64,000 bases of DNA, from positions 1,888,001 to 1,952,000 of the forward strand of contig CAXXVZ010000003.1 in the NCBI GenBank assembly GCA_963678065.2, written 5' to 3'. The notes below the pieces were generated by a model. That model was not told the origin of the DNA and made no database searches. It saw nothing but the letters and a program-made list of their open reading frames with translations. The DNA is from Treponemataceae bacterium. Lineage in GTDB: Bacteria > Spirochaetota > Spirochaetia > Treponematales > Rectinemataceae. Every line of letters starts with the position of its first letter. The stretch's first letter is position 1. This document shows, piece by piece, positions 38,351 through 48,350 of the stretch. A program made the translations under genes and the position numbers.

Positions 38351-39841
38351 TTACTTTTTTCCGTAGATTTGCTTGTAACTCTTGGCGAATTCGCCTAAAG
38401 ATACCTTGACTTCCGGGTTGCGAAGTAACTCCTGCTGATAGGCTCTGAACTGATTCATCGTGATTTTGCCAGTCACAGCGTCGGTCTCTTTCGCGATGAA
38501 CTCGTCGCCTGTCTTGGACCAGAACGACAACCACGCATCTGATTGTAGGGCATTGAACATGTCGGCCCTACTATTCTTGTTATACAAAACCTTCATTTCT
38601 TCGCGTGTACTCATATTGTAGGATACAGACGCCAGAGGGCTATCGACCTTGGCGAACTCCTGGGTCGCGAAGATGAAAGGTGCGTTGAATGAGGAGGTTA
38701 CTTCCTGCTTGCCTTTTTCGGTAAGAGAAGGGAATCCATCCTTCATTGTCCAATGAATCCCTTCTATGCCGAAGTTAACGAAGTTGTAACTGTCGACTGA
38801 AGCCGTAGCATCGAAAAACTTCAAAATGGCCGCCATCTTTTCGTCCGAAACCTTCGAGGAAATGACCATGCCTCCGAAATATCCCAAGTCGTAATAGTGG
38901 GCGAATCCCTTGGGGCCATCCAGGTAGGGAAGCAGCACTACGCGCGCCTTCGGATCGATCTTTTTAAGCTCCTGCTCAATGCGATACTTGTGCCAGGAAT
39001 TTTTTACCAAAGTCGCGCCCTGACCGCTCAAGAAAATAACTTCCTGCTGGGAACCTTTGATGAGGGCATACTCTTTGGCGATAAGCCCCTTCGCAAAAGA
39101 ATCGCGCAGGTACTCGACATACTGTGCATAATTATCGGTCAGGTACTTATGGATGAGACCGCCATCTTTCGTGTAAACTGGATCTCTGGTACCGAAGGCC
39201 GCTGAAAAATAGCCTTCGGAGGGGCTCATGGAAGGGATCATGCCGATGGTGTCTATCTTGCCGTTGCCGTCGAGATCCCGTTCGCAAACGAGTTTGAGGT
39301 AATTCGTGTACTCTTCCATGGTAGTCGGAGTCTTGAGCCCGAGTCTGTCGAGCCAATCGCCGCGGATAAATACAGCCAAGTCGAGATTGCCGCGAGTTCT
39401 CGGAATGAGATAATTATTGCCGTCTATCATGCTGTAACGCCACGCCATGGAATTGAGCTTTCCGAGATTCGGGTATTTCGAGAAGTCGCCAAGCTCGTCC
39501 GTAAGGTCTTTGAACGCTCCGGCCTTAATCGCCTTCAGAACGCTTGGCCGGGTCATCGACTGCACCTGCATGATATCGGGAAGATCTCCGGATGCAAGAA
39601 TGATATCGATCTTTTCGTTATACATATCCGCGGGTACCCAATCGACCGAGTAATCGACATTGTACATTTTTTCCATCTGCTTCCAGAAATCGCTGTTTTT
39701 GGGCAGAGCGTATTTATACTGGTTGGCAATGCCGCGAATCTTCACGGGGCTGCTTCCCGAATTGCCGACGGCCATGACGAACGCTGGCAGAAGCAGCATA
39801 ACTACAGAAGCCCAAATCGACGATCGAACCATTCTTTTCAT
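38351..39841 (-). CDS. Carbohydrate ABC transporter substrate-binding protein (LplA-like)
   Basis: Signal peptide, ASGDLPD, IRGDWLDRLGLKTPTT, DLDGNGKIDT, FGIEGIHW. Confidence 0.9.
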   Translation of the reverse strand: MKRMVRSSIWASVVMLLLPAFVMAVGNSGSSPVKIRGIANQYKYALPKNSDFWKQMEKMYNVDYSVDWVPADMYNEKIDIILASGDLPDIMQVQSMTRPSVLKAIKAGAFKDLTDELGDFSKYPNLGKLNSMAWRYSMIDGNNYLIPRTRGNLDLAVFIRGDWLDRLGLKTPTTMEEYTNYLKLVCERDLDGNGKIDTIGMIPSMSPSEGYFSAAFGTRDPVYTKDGGLIHKYLTDNYAQYVEYLRDSFAKGLIAKEYALIKGSQQEVIFLSGQGATLVKNSWHKYRIEQELKKIDPKARVVLLPYLDGPKGFAHYYDLGYFGGMVISSKVSDEKMAAILKFFDATASVDSYNFVNFGIEGIHWTMKDGFPSLTEKGKQEVTSSFNAPFIFATQEFAKVDSPLASVSYNMSTREEMKVLYNKNSRADMFNALQSDAWLSFWSKTGDEFIAKETDAVTGKITMNQFRAYQQELLRNPEVKVSLGEFAKSYKQIYGKK

Positions 39842-39876
39842 ACCCTTTCCTCCTTGGAAAAAATCATCATTTTAAC

Positions 39877-40755
39877 TCAGCCCTTGACTGAGCCAAGCAT
39901 CACACCTTTCATGAAATATCGTTGCAGGAACGGATACACGACCATGATCGGCAGCATGGCAAGGACGACGGTGGCCATCCTGATTGTTTCGGAAGGCAGA
40001 TCATCTTCCTGCAGGCCTACAGCCAAAGCATTGCCGGATCCTCCGATCGAACCATCGACGAGAAGAGATTTGACATAAACCTGCAGAGTTCTCATCCTGC
40101 TGTCGCTGAGATACATCATGGGCTTAATGTAGACGTTCCAGTGGCCGACCGCGAAGAAAAGGGCCAAAGTCGCGATCGCGGCCGTTGAGAGCGGAATAAT
40201 GACATAGAGAAATATTTTGATATCGGAGCATCCGTCAATCCTGGCGGAATCTTCGAGCTCGGCCGGAATACTGTCGAGGAAACTCCGCGCCACGATGAGG
40301 CTCCACGAGTTTGTCGCTACGGTAAGGATGATTGCCCAATACGTGTTCATGAGCCCGAGCTGCTTCACGAGGAGATAATTCGGGATAAGTCCCGCATCGA
40401 AGAGAAGACCGAAGATCACTATTCCCATTATGATTTTTCGATGCGGCAGGGCGCGTCTCGTCAGACCGTACGCCATCGTGAATGTTACCACTATGTTTAT
40501 GATCGTTCCGACGACAGTAATGTATATCGTACTTTTAAGAGCATCGAGAAAGGACGACGACGAGAGAATGTACCGATAGACGACAAAGGATATTTTTTTC
40601 GGGATGAGGGTAAGGGAAAGAGGGATATACGCCGAAGGATCAGTGAGCGAGACGCTGATTACATACAAAAGCGGAATGATTCCAATTACGGTGGAAAGCG
40701 TCACCACCGTATACGCGACCACATCGATGGGGGAAATCTTCTTTGACACTGTCAT
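39877..40755 (-). CDS. Carbohydrate ABC permease (LplC-like)
   Basis: IPAELEDSARIDG, YPFLQRYFMKG. Confidence 0.9.
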   Translation of the reverse strand: MTVSKKISPIDVVAYTVVTLSTVIGIIPLLYVISVSLTDPSAYIPLSLTLIPKKISFVVYRYILSSSSFLDALKSTIYITVVGTIINIVVTFTMAYGLTRRALPHRKIIMGIVIFGLLFDAGLIPNYLLVKQLGLMNTYWAIILTVATNSWSLIVARSFLDSIPAELEDSARIDGCSDIKIFLYVIIPLSTAAIATLALFFAVGHWNVYIKPMMYLSDSRMRTLQVYVKSLLVDGSIGGSGNALAVGLQEDDLPSETIRMATVVLAMLPIMVVYPFLQRYFMKGVMLGSVKG

Positions 40756-40756
40756 A

Positions 40757-41692
40757 TCAATAAATCCCTTCCTGACCAAGGCTTTTTATTATTCTGTTGG
40801 ACAGAACGACCATGATGAGGCCGACAATGCTTTTACAGATTCCCACGGCGACACCGATGCTGATATTGCCTTGGACAACGCCCTGAGTGTAGGCGTATGT
40901 GTCGAATATCTCCGAAACGGATTTTACATAAGGATTGCTCATCAGCAAAATCTGTTCAAAACTGACATCCATGATGCGACCCATGCGAAGGATGAACAGC
41001 ACGACGATAGTCGGAAAAAGCGAAGGCAGGGTTATCTTGAGCATTTGCTGCAGACGGGAAGCTCCGTCCATAATCGCGGCCTCATAGAGCGTCGGGTCGA
41101 TCTGCGAGATGGCGGCCAGAAAGATGATTGTGCCCCAACCGACTTCTTTCCAGATATTCTGAAGAAGCACGATCCACCAGAACAAGTGTGGATTCGAAAG
41201 GAACGACACAGCGTTGCCACCGGCATGAGTTATGATCTTATTGATCAGACCGATGTCGATGGATAATAAGAAGAAAGTAAGTCCGGTTATGACGACCCAC
41301 GACATGAAGTGGGGCATATACAGGAGCGTTTGATGAACTCGCCGCACTTTTTCGCTTTTGATCTCATTGAGCAAAAGCGCCAGAATAATCGGCGCCGGGA
41401 AAAAGAACACGATATTCATGAGGCTGATGGCTATCGTGTTCCTCAACATCGCGAAGAAGTATTTCCCCTGGAAGAATTCCATGAAATTCTTGAACCATAC
41501 GAATTTGCTTCCAAGCATGCCCTTATATGGATTGAAGTCTTGAAAAGCCAAAACCAAACCCCAAATAGGACCTATTTTGAAAATTAGAAAATAGACAAGA
41601 CCAGGAAGAATGAGAAAATATATCTGTCTATAATAAAAATATTTTCGCCACCTTGATTTCGATCCGATTACCGGTGTCAGTTGTGTCTGCAA
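40757..41692 (-). CDS. Carbohydrate ABC permease (LplB-like)
   Basis: YMPHFMSWV, LYEAAIMDGASR; TTG start with GGGGAGG RBS. Confidence 0.9.
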   Translation of the reverse strand: MQTQLTPVIGSKSRWRKYFYYRQIYFLILPGLVYFLIFKIGPIWGLVLAFQDFNPYKGMLGSKFVWFKNFMEFFQGKYFFAMLRNTIAISLMNIVFFFPAPIILALLLNEIKSEKVRRVHQTLLYMPHFMSWVVITGLTFFLLSIDIGLINKIITHAGGNAVSFLSNPHLFWWIVLLQNIWKEVGWGTIIFLAAISQIDPTLYEAAIMDGASRLQQMLKITLPSLFPTIVVLFILRMGRIMDVSFEQILLMSNPYVKSVSEIFDTYAYTQGVVQGNISIGVAVGICKSIVGLIMVVLSNRIIKSLGQEGIY

Positions 41693-41961
41693 ACCGTATC
41701 CTCCCCTTTCCCAAGTCACGATCTCTTGTAGGACGATTAACAATAGGTCCAGGATCACGGAATCGTACATGGACTGGGTTTGGAAAAAATGTGTGGGTTT
41801 TGGAAATGACTGTAAAACTGCCCCCGCGGCAAATCGCACTATCGCGTTTGAGGTCTCCTTGCCCTGGCAATTTGCAGAAAGAACTTTACATCGCCGGGGA
41901 AAAAAGCCATACTGAACAGAATCTGGCGTAAGAATGAGTCGGACCGGGAAGAAAACCTTTC

Positions 41962-43746
41962 ATGAAAACCATCCTTTCCCACCGCCCTCATACACTCAAG
42001 GGACAAATAATCCTGCTCTGTGCCACCTTTTCCGTAGCCATCATTCTGATGCAGGCTGTTTTCGTTCTTTCATTTATCAAAACCGCGACCAAAAACTACG
42101 AAATCTTGCTCAAGAGTACGGTGGAGCAGTTGTCCGAAAACATGAACTCCCTCGCGGGAAGGCTGCAGGACGTCGGGAACCTATTGACATTCAACAATTC
42201 CACCCAGCAGATTTTTCGCCCTGAAGCCCTTAGCACCAAAATGCAGATCCTCCGCACTACGGAGATCACCATCGATACGATCAAGTCGTCAAACACGAGC
42301 ATCGACGCAATTATTCTGACGGATTTCAAACAACTCTACTTGGGCGACGCGAGCAATGACAACTTCTGGATCCTGAACCGAGTACGGGACCTGTTAGTCA
42401 ATAAAAAGCTTAATACAGCCAACCTACGCAACCTTCATTTCATTGACCCTTCCGACGGAAGTATGCGTTTTGTCTATATAATTCCTTCAAATTCCGAAAA
42501 CGGCAATCAGCTACAATTCTATACTCTGATAATACATAACCTCAACTCCTTAAGGAAAGCCGCCGAAGGACTCGGAGATGCGGCCGGTACTTATATTCTG
42601 TACTACGGCATGAGCCGGGACTCTTACCTCCTGCGTAGTTGGCCTCACGGTGAAAAGTTGGACTCTGGATTCGATCCAGAGTCATTCAAATCCGGATTTA
42701 GCAGAGTCGGCGGCAACATCATCTATACCCAACTCGTCGATATGTATGGGCTGACAATAATTGGTATGGTACCTACTTCAGAGCTGCGGCGTGCTTTAGT
42801 TTCGGTTCAGCTTCCCAATACGATCATGGTCGTATTCTTCATTATTTTCATCATCGTCGAAGGATGGGTACTTATCCATAACATCACAGCGCCTATTTCC
42901 TATATGGTCGGCTTTATCGACTCTCTTAGCGCCAGCGACGCCAACGAAAAAAGGATACAGTTCCGCCATAAAAACGAAATCGGTCTCCTCGCAAACGACA
43001 TCAATAACTTGCTGGACAAGATCAAGATAATGACGAGCAACGTCGCCAGGACGAATCAGCAACTCTATCAAGCCAAGCTTGCCAGGCAACAGGCGGAACT
43101 CGCAGCCTTCCAGAGCCAAGTCAACCCACATTTCCTGTATAACACCTTGGATTGCGTTCGCAGCATGGCCATTAGCCAAGACATCCCGGAAATTGGTATG
43201 ATCGCTGCGGCGATGGTCAAAATTTTCCGCTATAGCATCAAAGAGGGAGACATTGTACTTCTCAGCGACGAACTCGCTTGCATCGAGCAGTATCTGACCA
43301 TCATGAAGATCAGGCATCCTGATCGATTTTCTTTCTTTTTTGAAGTCGATGATGCGATCCGATCCGCCCTCGTTCCCAAGATGGTACTTCAACCCCTTGT
43401 GGAAAACGCAATGCTCCACGGTCTCGAGCAGAAACGGGGAAAGGGGGCTCTTCACATACGAGGGCGTCTGGAAAAAGATGCATCCGTAGTTCTTGAGGTC
43501 GAGGACAATGGGAAAGGTATGTCTCCCGGGAGCCTCGAGAACTTGAGAAGCACGATTGCCGCACCGTTTGAAGAGGAATGGACTGATGCTTCTCATTCGG
43601 CGACGAAAAGCATAGGACTCATCAATATCGAAAAACGGATTAGGTTGACCTACGGCGCTGGTTACGGAATTTCCGTCTTCCCTGGGATCGAAGGGGGTTT
43701 ACGCGTTTCGTTTCGGATTCCCTACCGTAAGGCTGAAAGCGGTTAA
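41962..43746 (+). CDS. YesM-like sensor histidine kinase
   Basis: QSQVNPHFLYNTL, LQPLVENA, DNGKG. Confidence 0.9.
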   Translation: MKTILSHRPHTLKGQIILLCATFSVAIILMQAVFVLSFIKTATKNYEILLKSTVEQLSENMNSLAGRLQDVGNLLTFNNSTQQIFRPEALSTKMQILRTTEITIDTIKSSNTSIDAIILTDFKQLYLGDASNDNFWILNRVRDLLVNKKLNTANLRNLHFIDPSDGSMRFVYIIPSNSENGNQLQFYTLIIHNLNSLRKAAEGLGDAAGTYILYYGMSRDSYLLRSWPHGEKLDSGFDPESFKSGFSRVGGNIIYTQLVDMYGLTIIGMVPTSELRRALVSVQLPNTIMVVFFIIFIIVEGWVLIHNITAPISYMVGFIDSLSASDANEKRIQFRHKNEIGLLANDINNLLDKIKIMTSNVARTNQQLYQAKLARQQAELAAFQSQVNPHFLYNTLDCVRSMAISQDIPEIGMIAAAMVKIFRYSIKEGDIVLLSDELACIEQYLTIMKIRHPDRFSFFFEVDDAIRSALVPKMVLQPLVENAMLHGLEQKRGKGALHIRGRLEKDASVVLEVEDNGKGMSPGSLENLRSTIAAPFEEEWTDASHSATKSIGLINIEKRIRLTYGAGYGISVFPGIEGGLRVSFRIPYRKAESG

Positions 43747-43773
43747 CACAACGCGTCGGGGTGCAGTGCGGCG

Positions 43774-43803
43774 CGGCACGGCACGGCACGGCACGGCACG
43801 GCA
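43774..43803 (+). repeat. (CGGCA)6 microsatellite
   Basis: Six perfect pentamers flanked by CGGCG. Confidence 0.9.
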
Positions 43804-43809
43804 CGGCGA

Positions 43810-43861
43810 TGATCGGGACAGAGGGCGCGACCTGTCGACAGATTTTCATTTTTTCCTATAT
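43810..43861 (+). repeat. 52-bp direct repeat, copy 2 (contains promoter-like TCGACA...TATAAT)
   Basis: Identical to 35349-35400. Confidence 0.95.
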
Positions 43862-43870
43862 AATTTTCTC

Positions 43871-44641
43871 ATGATATCCTATTCCGTCGGGGAAGCGGTC
43901 TCCGATATTCTCGCCTCGCTCACAGGCAAGGCGCTCTCCGGGGCCGGGTTCATCGTCGTCGTTTCGCCGGCGGTGAGAGTGCTGTACCGCGAGGGATGGA
44001 GAAGATTGACGGGCCTGTGCCGGGAGGCGGGAGCCCGATCGGTCATTCCGGTCGACTCGGGAATTCCGGCCTTCGCCAGCGCCTGCGCCGCATCGATCAG
44101 AGAGCGCGGCCGAGGGGTCCACATCCTTTCGGCCTGCCCTGCCGCGTCGGACTTTCTCGCCCTCGAATTTCCCGGCCTCGCTCCGTGCGTTCTCGGAGTC
44201 GCCTCGCCTATGACTATTTCCTCCCGCGCCGCGCTGTACTCGGCAGGCATTCCCGGGGGCACCGCCATCGCGATAAGCCCCTGCTCGCTCAAGAAGCGCG
44301 AAGAGGCCAGAGTCGATTTCGACATGAGGGTAGTCCAGGTTCATTCCTTCATCGAGCGGCTCGGAGCCGCCGGTCAGAGGCTCTCGGCATATCCGGAATC
44401 GGACTACGACCTGCCCTTTCCCCTCCGCAGCAGAGAGGATTGCGGTATCGCCTGCGCGGTCGCAAAGGAGCTTGCCGGGTCTGAGCGCCTGAACATCTCG
44501 ACACACAAGGCGGAGGGAGCAGCGGCCGCAAGAGCGGTGATGCAGGGCATCCTCGCACAGAGGCGGACGGGCAGGAATGATTCGACAGTCGTCGAGCTGA
44601 CCTTCTGCGAGGGCGGCTGCCTGCGCGACCCGGTATTGTAG
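43871..44641 (+). CDS. Stand-alone [FeFe]-hydrogenase large-subunit C-terminal-like domain
   Basis: Degenerate H-cluster motifs SACP, SPCSLKKRE, ELTFCEGGC. Confidence 0.65.
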   Translation: MISYSVGEAVSDILASLTGKALSGAGFIVVVSPAVRVLYREGWRRLTGLCREAGARSVIPVDSGIPAFASACAASIRERGRGVHILSACPAASDFLALEFPGLAPCVLGVASPMTISSRAALYSAGIPGGTAIAISPCSLKKREEARVDFDMRVVQVHSFIERLGAAGQRLSAYPESDYDLPFPLRSREDCGIACAVAKELAGSERLNISTHKAEGAAAARAVMQGILAQRRTGRNDSTVVELTFCEGGCLRDPVL

Positions 44642-44650
44642 AAGTGCCGG

Positions 44651-45328
44651 TCAGATCCGCAGCGCGTCGCGGAGCCACGCGACAGCCTCGTCCATCCCTT
44701 CGCCCGTCTTTGCCGACACGAAGATGACGGGCGCGTCGGGATTCAGAGCCCGGACGCCGGCGGTGAAGTAGTCCCTGTCGAACTCCATAACCCCGGCGAG
44801 GTCCATCTTGTTGACGATAACGACGCTGGCGCTCTCAAAGGCCGGGGGATACTTGTAGGGTTTGTCGCTCCCCTCCGTGGTCGAAACGAGGAGGATGCGT
44901 TTTTTCTCCCCGAGATAGAAGGACGAGGGGCAGATCAGGTTCCCGACGTTCTCCACGAAGACCAGCGTCGCGTCGCCGGGCAACCCGGGGAGGACAGCCT
45001 CGATCTGCCCTGCGTCGATGTGGCACATGCCGTGAGTGTTGATCTGCAGGGCGGGTATCCCGAGCGAGCGAAGTCTGACCGCGTCGATGTCCGACTCGAG
45101 GTCAGCCTCGATTACGGCACAGGCCAGGGACGGGACGGATCGCGCGAGCATGCGTGCGAGTCCGGCGATGAACGTGGTCTTGCCCGCGCCGGGGCTGCCG
45201 AGCAGGTTCACGAGGGCGCGGCCGCGGGCCTCGAAACGGCCATACACGCGGGCGGCGATCTCGTTGTTGTCGCGGAAAATGTCCTTTCGAACCTCGACTC
45301 GGGTCCGCGCGGGCCTGTCTCCGATCAT
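44651..45328 (-). CDS. hypB: Nickel incorporation GTPase
   Basis: GSPGAGKT, CH, ENVGNLICP, EGSDKPYKYP, NKMDL. Confidence 0.95.
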   Translation of the reverse strand: MIGDRPARTRVEVRKDIFRDNNEIAARVYGRFEARGRALVNLLGSPGAGKTTFIAGLARMLARSVPSLACAVIEADLESDIDAVRLRSLGIPALQINTHGMCHIDAGQIEAVLPGLPGDATLVFVENVGNLICPSSFYLGEKKRILLVSTTEGSDKPYKYPPAFESASVVIVNKMDLAGVMEFDRDYFTAGVRALNPDAPVIFVSAKTGEGMDEAVAWLRDALRI

Positions 45329-45687
45329 GGTTTCTCCTCCGCCCCGTATTCTATGTCCATTGTATCGATGTAGAATTCGGTCCCGATTTTCGTGGCCCGC
45401 CCTTCACCGCCGCAGGAGGGACAGGTGAAACTGAAGGGCTTCCGCACAAAAAGGGCATCGCAGACTGTGCAACGCATCTTCGGTTGCACGTAGGTGAACT
45501 CGAGTTTCGCCCCCTCGGCTATCGTGCCCAGGGCGTACCGGTCGAAATAGAACTGGATGGAATCACCGCCATACCCGCTGTGCTCTCCGACGACAAGGGC
45601 GATTCGGCATATCCGGGCCGCACCCATGGCCTTTGCCCTCTGAAGCACCTGCCCGAGCATGGCTTCGGTGACCGAGGATTCGTGCAT
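45325..45687 (-). CDS. hypA: Nickel metallochaperone
   Basis: N-terminal MHE, CTVC...CPSC. Confidence 0.95.
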   Translation of the reverse strand: MHESSVTEAMLGQVLQRAKAMGAARICRIALVVGEHSGYGGDSIQFYFDRYALGTIAEGAKLEFTYVQPKMRCTVCDALFVRKPFSFTCPSCGGEGRATKIGTEFYIDTMDIEYGAEEKP

Positions 45688-45816
45688 CGCGCTTTTGCCT
45701 CAGGCCCCTGTCCCGGCGGACAGAACCAAGGAACGATATACGGGACCCATCATGCTCGCCGGTGTACCGGATCAGGTTTCGATTGTCAACTACAGAGATC
45801 GGCGGAAACAAGCCGA

Positions 45817-46554
45817 TCACCGCACATCGCCGGCGGGGAGAGCGGACGAGGGGAAAGGCTCAAGATCCGGACGAAAGGCTTTTTTCTGAAGGTGGGCAAA
45901 GATCTCCGGATTGGGATTGGCGCTGGCTGCCAGGAACCAGACTGTCCTTCCAGTCTCGTCGCGGTCGTCGATATCCGCGCCCGAGTCGAGGAGGATGTCG
46001 AGAACAGCGGGATCGGGATTGGATTCCGCTGCGAACATGAAAGCCGTCCATCCGTAGCTTGTCTTGTCTCCGATCCGCGCACCAGCCCTGACGAGCGAAG
46101 CGATGACTGCCGGATTGGCATTGTATCGGGCCGCGAGCATGAGCGGAGTCGTGCCGTATTCGTCGCTGCGGGAGAGGTCAGCGCCCCGCTTTGCGAGAAA
46201 CTCGAGGACCGCGGGGTTCTCATTCCAGCAGGCGAGCCTCGCAGCCGTCCAGCCAGAGCCTGGGCTGTAGTCGATGCGTGCGCCAGCATCGAGGAATACT
46301 TTGGTGACGGCCGGATCGGGGTTGAACCAGGCCGCGTACATGAGCGGAGTCAGTCCGTTCGGGTCGGGGCTGTCGGGGGAGTAACCTCTGGAGAGAAGGA
46401 ACATCGCCTGTTCGGGGCTGCCTCTTCGGGCGACATCGTGTATGTCGGGCGCGGGCTGCGCGTGCGCGAAACCGCCGGAACAGAGGCAAAGGACGATGGC
46501 CGCAGCGAGTGTGCGGATCACTCTGAAGTGTTTCAGATCGAATTGTCCCTTCAT
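45817..46554 (-). CDS. Secreted ankyrin-repeat protein
   Basis: Hydrophobic leader; GLTPLMYAAWFNPDPAV-type repeats. Confidence 0.85.
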   Translation of the reverse strand: MKGQFDLKHFRVIRTLAAAIVLCLCSGGFAHAQPAPDIHDVARRGSPEQAMFLLSRGYSPDSPDPNGLTPLMYAAWFNPDPAVTKVFLDAGARIDYSPGSGWTAARLACWNENPAVLEFLAKRGADLSRSDEYGTTPLMLAARYNANPAVIASLVRAGARIGDKTSYGWTAFMFAAESNPDPAVLDILLDSGADIDDRDETGRTVWFLAASANPNPEIFAHLQKKAFRPDLEPFPSSALPAGDVR

Positions 46555-46558
46555 GACT

Positions 46559-47482
46559 TCATTCGTATTCGTCGCCGCAGACCCTGTTCCGTCCCGTCTC
46601 TTTTGCGTGGTACATGGCTGAATCAGCCCGCCCGAGTAGGGACTCGATACTATCCCCAGGGCGCCCCATGGAGACCCCGACACTCACGGTGATGGCAAAG
46701 GCGATGCCGGCATAGATCACGGGAGAATTCTCGAGGGCCGAACGGAGTCTCTCGGCTGTGGCAAAGGCGACATCTATCCCGGAATGAGGAAGGACAAGGG
46801 CAAATTCCTCGCCGCCGAGTCTTCCCCAATAGTCCATATCGCGAAGCTCGAGGGATGACAGCGCGCGGGCAACCATCCTCAGGGCCTCGTCGCCGGCCGC
46901 GTGGCTATAAGTGTCGTTCACTGCCTTGAAATGGTCCACATCGAACATGATCACCGCGACATCCTCGACATCCGCATCCCGGGAAGCCATGGTCTCCTCG
47001 AAAAGCTCGAAGAACCAGGTCCGGTTCTTCATACCGGTGAGAGAATCAGTGTGCGCCGCGAGCCAGAGGGCCTGTTCGCTGTTCTTCAGTTTGGTCACGG
47101 ACTCTTCGAGCTGCGCGACCATGGAATTGAATGAAGCGGAAAAATCCCCCATGAACTCGACCTTCTGGCTGAAATCGCCCGCGGCAATCGCCTGGGTCTG
47201 CCAGGTCAGATGCCGGAGAGAAGCCTGAAGGGCCTTGAGCGCACCGGGGAGGAAGCCTCTGAGAGCGATAGGATACGCGAGATCGCCGGAAGCGGTCGCC
47301 ATCACGGCGCCCCGGATCTCGACGATGGCTCTGCGAAGGAACAGATAGTCTTCGTTTCCCTCGAGACCCTCGGGGATCGTATCCTGCACTGTCCGGGAGG
47401 TCACAAGTTCGACGAGCGAAGCCAGCGCCGCGGTGATGCGCGCATCAACTCCTTCCCCGCCTCCAGTCTCGCTTTCGGGCAT
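46559..47482 (-). CDS. HAMP-GGDEF diguanylate cyclase
   Basis: DSLTG, DVDHFKAVNDTYSHAAGD, GRLGGEEF. Confidence 0.9.
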   Translation of the reverse strand: MPESETGGGEGVDARITAALASLVELVTSRTVQDTIPEGLEGNEDYLFLRRAIVEIRGAVMATASGDLAYPIALRGFLPGALKALQASLRHLTWQTQAIAAGDFSQKVEFMGDFSASFNSMVAQLEESVTKLKNSEQALWLAAHTDSLTGMKNRTWFFELFEETMASRDADVEDVAVIMFDVDHFKAVNDTYSHAAGDEALRMVARALSSLELRDMDYWGRLGGEEFALVLPHSGIDVAFATAERLRSALENSPVIYAGIAFAITVSVGVSMGRPGDSIESLLGRADSAMYHAKETGRNRVCGDEYE

Positions 47483-47484
47483 TG

Positions 47485-48006
47485 TCAGCAGCTCGCTTTC
47501 GCCTCAAAGCGACAGGTCCGGTCGCCCGTGCACCAGCAATCGATTTCCTTGACTTTGTACTTGGCGCCCGAGTAGCTTTCGAGCAGGGCTGCGATGAAGC
47601 CTTCGTCATAGGTGCAGATCTCGTAATCGAGTTCGGGCAGACCGGAACAGTCGAGATCTTCCGATACGGTCAACACGAACTCGCCCTTTTCGACGTCGGC
47701 TTTCTCGACCCTGAGGATGCCGATTCCAAGCTCTTTCAGGATCTGTTGGAGCTGACGGAGAAATTCGTTCAGATCCTTGGTCGGGGTGACGAGCTGTTTG
47801 TAGAACTCCGCGCCGGCGAGTTCTCCTGCTTCATAGAACACTTGGTCGGTCTTTTCGGTTCCAAAGTGCCGCTCCATGATATCCCGGAAGGCGAATTGCA
47901 TGAGGCGGTAGACTTCGAGCCGTGTCTGGTTTCCGAGATTCGGACGTCCTAGCTGAATATCCCCCAGGAGTCCCCAGAAAAATTTGTATTTCCTATTCTC
48001 TGTCAT
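47485..48006 (-). CDS. V4R (4-vinyl reductase-like) domain protein
   Basis: EDLDCSG...CTYDEG...EIDCWCTGDRTCRF; start placed at ATG 48006 because the longer ORF runs through the tRNA. Confidence 0.9.
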   Translation of the reverse strand: MTENRKYKFFWGLLGDIQLGRPNLGNQTRLEVYRLMQFAFRDIMERHFGTEKTDQVFYEAGELAGAEFYKQLVTPTKDLNEFLRQLQQILKELGIGILRVEKADVEKGEFVLTVSEDLDCSGLPELDYEICTYDEGFIAALLESYSGAKYKVKEIDCWCTGDRTCRFEAKASC

Positions 48007-48200
48007 GGCCACCCCCTGGTATCCCATATATCGGCGGATGTTCCCGGAAACCTCTGCCCAATCACGGCCTGGGATGCTTGTGCGTCCGATGGACCAGGCG
48101 AGATTATCATTGTTTCTATCACGACCCGACACAGGCAGAATACCCCTTGAAATTTTCCCCGACCATGGTGTATTTTCATCTTCGTCTTTGAGAGCACATT

Positions 48201-48273
48201 GGGGAATTAGCTCAGTTGGTAGAGCGATAGGTTCGCAATCTATAGGTCGGGGGTTCGAATCCCCCATTCTCCA
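48201..48273 (+). tRNA. tRNA-Ala(CGC)
   Basis: Acceptor stem GGGGAAT/ATTCTCC with G3:U70; anticodon loop TT-CGC-AA. Confidence 0.9.
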
Positions 48274-48350
48274 CAATGAATTACGTGATAGAGTGCCCTT
48301 GGAAAGAGTACTATGACTTGACAGTGTGACTTTCCGGGGGCGTTCCATTT

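Noticed and set aside
41775..41800. TGGGTTT direct repeat as binding site for the AraC-type regulator
   Set aside because: Only two 7-mers; could be chance.
48007..48348. N-terminal extension of the V4R ORF
   Set aside because: Runs antisense through tRNA-Ala.
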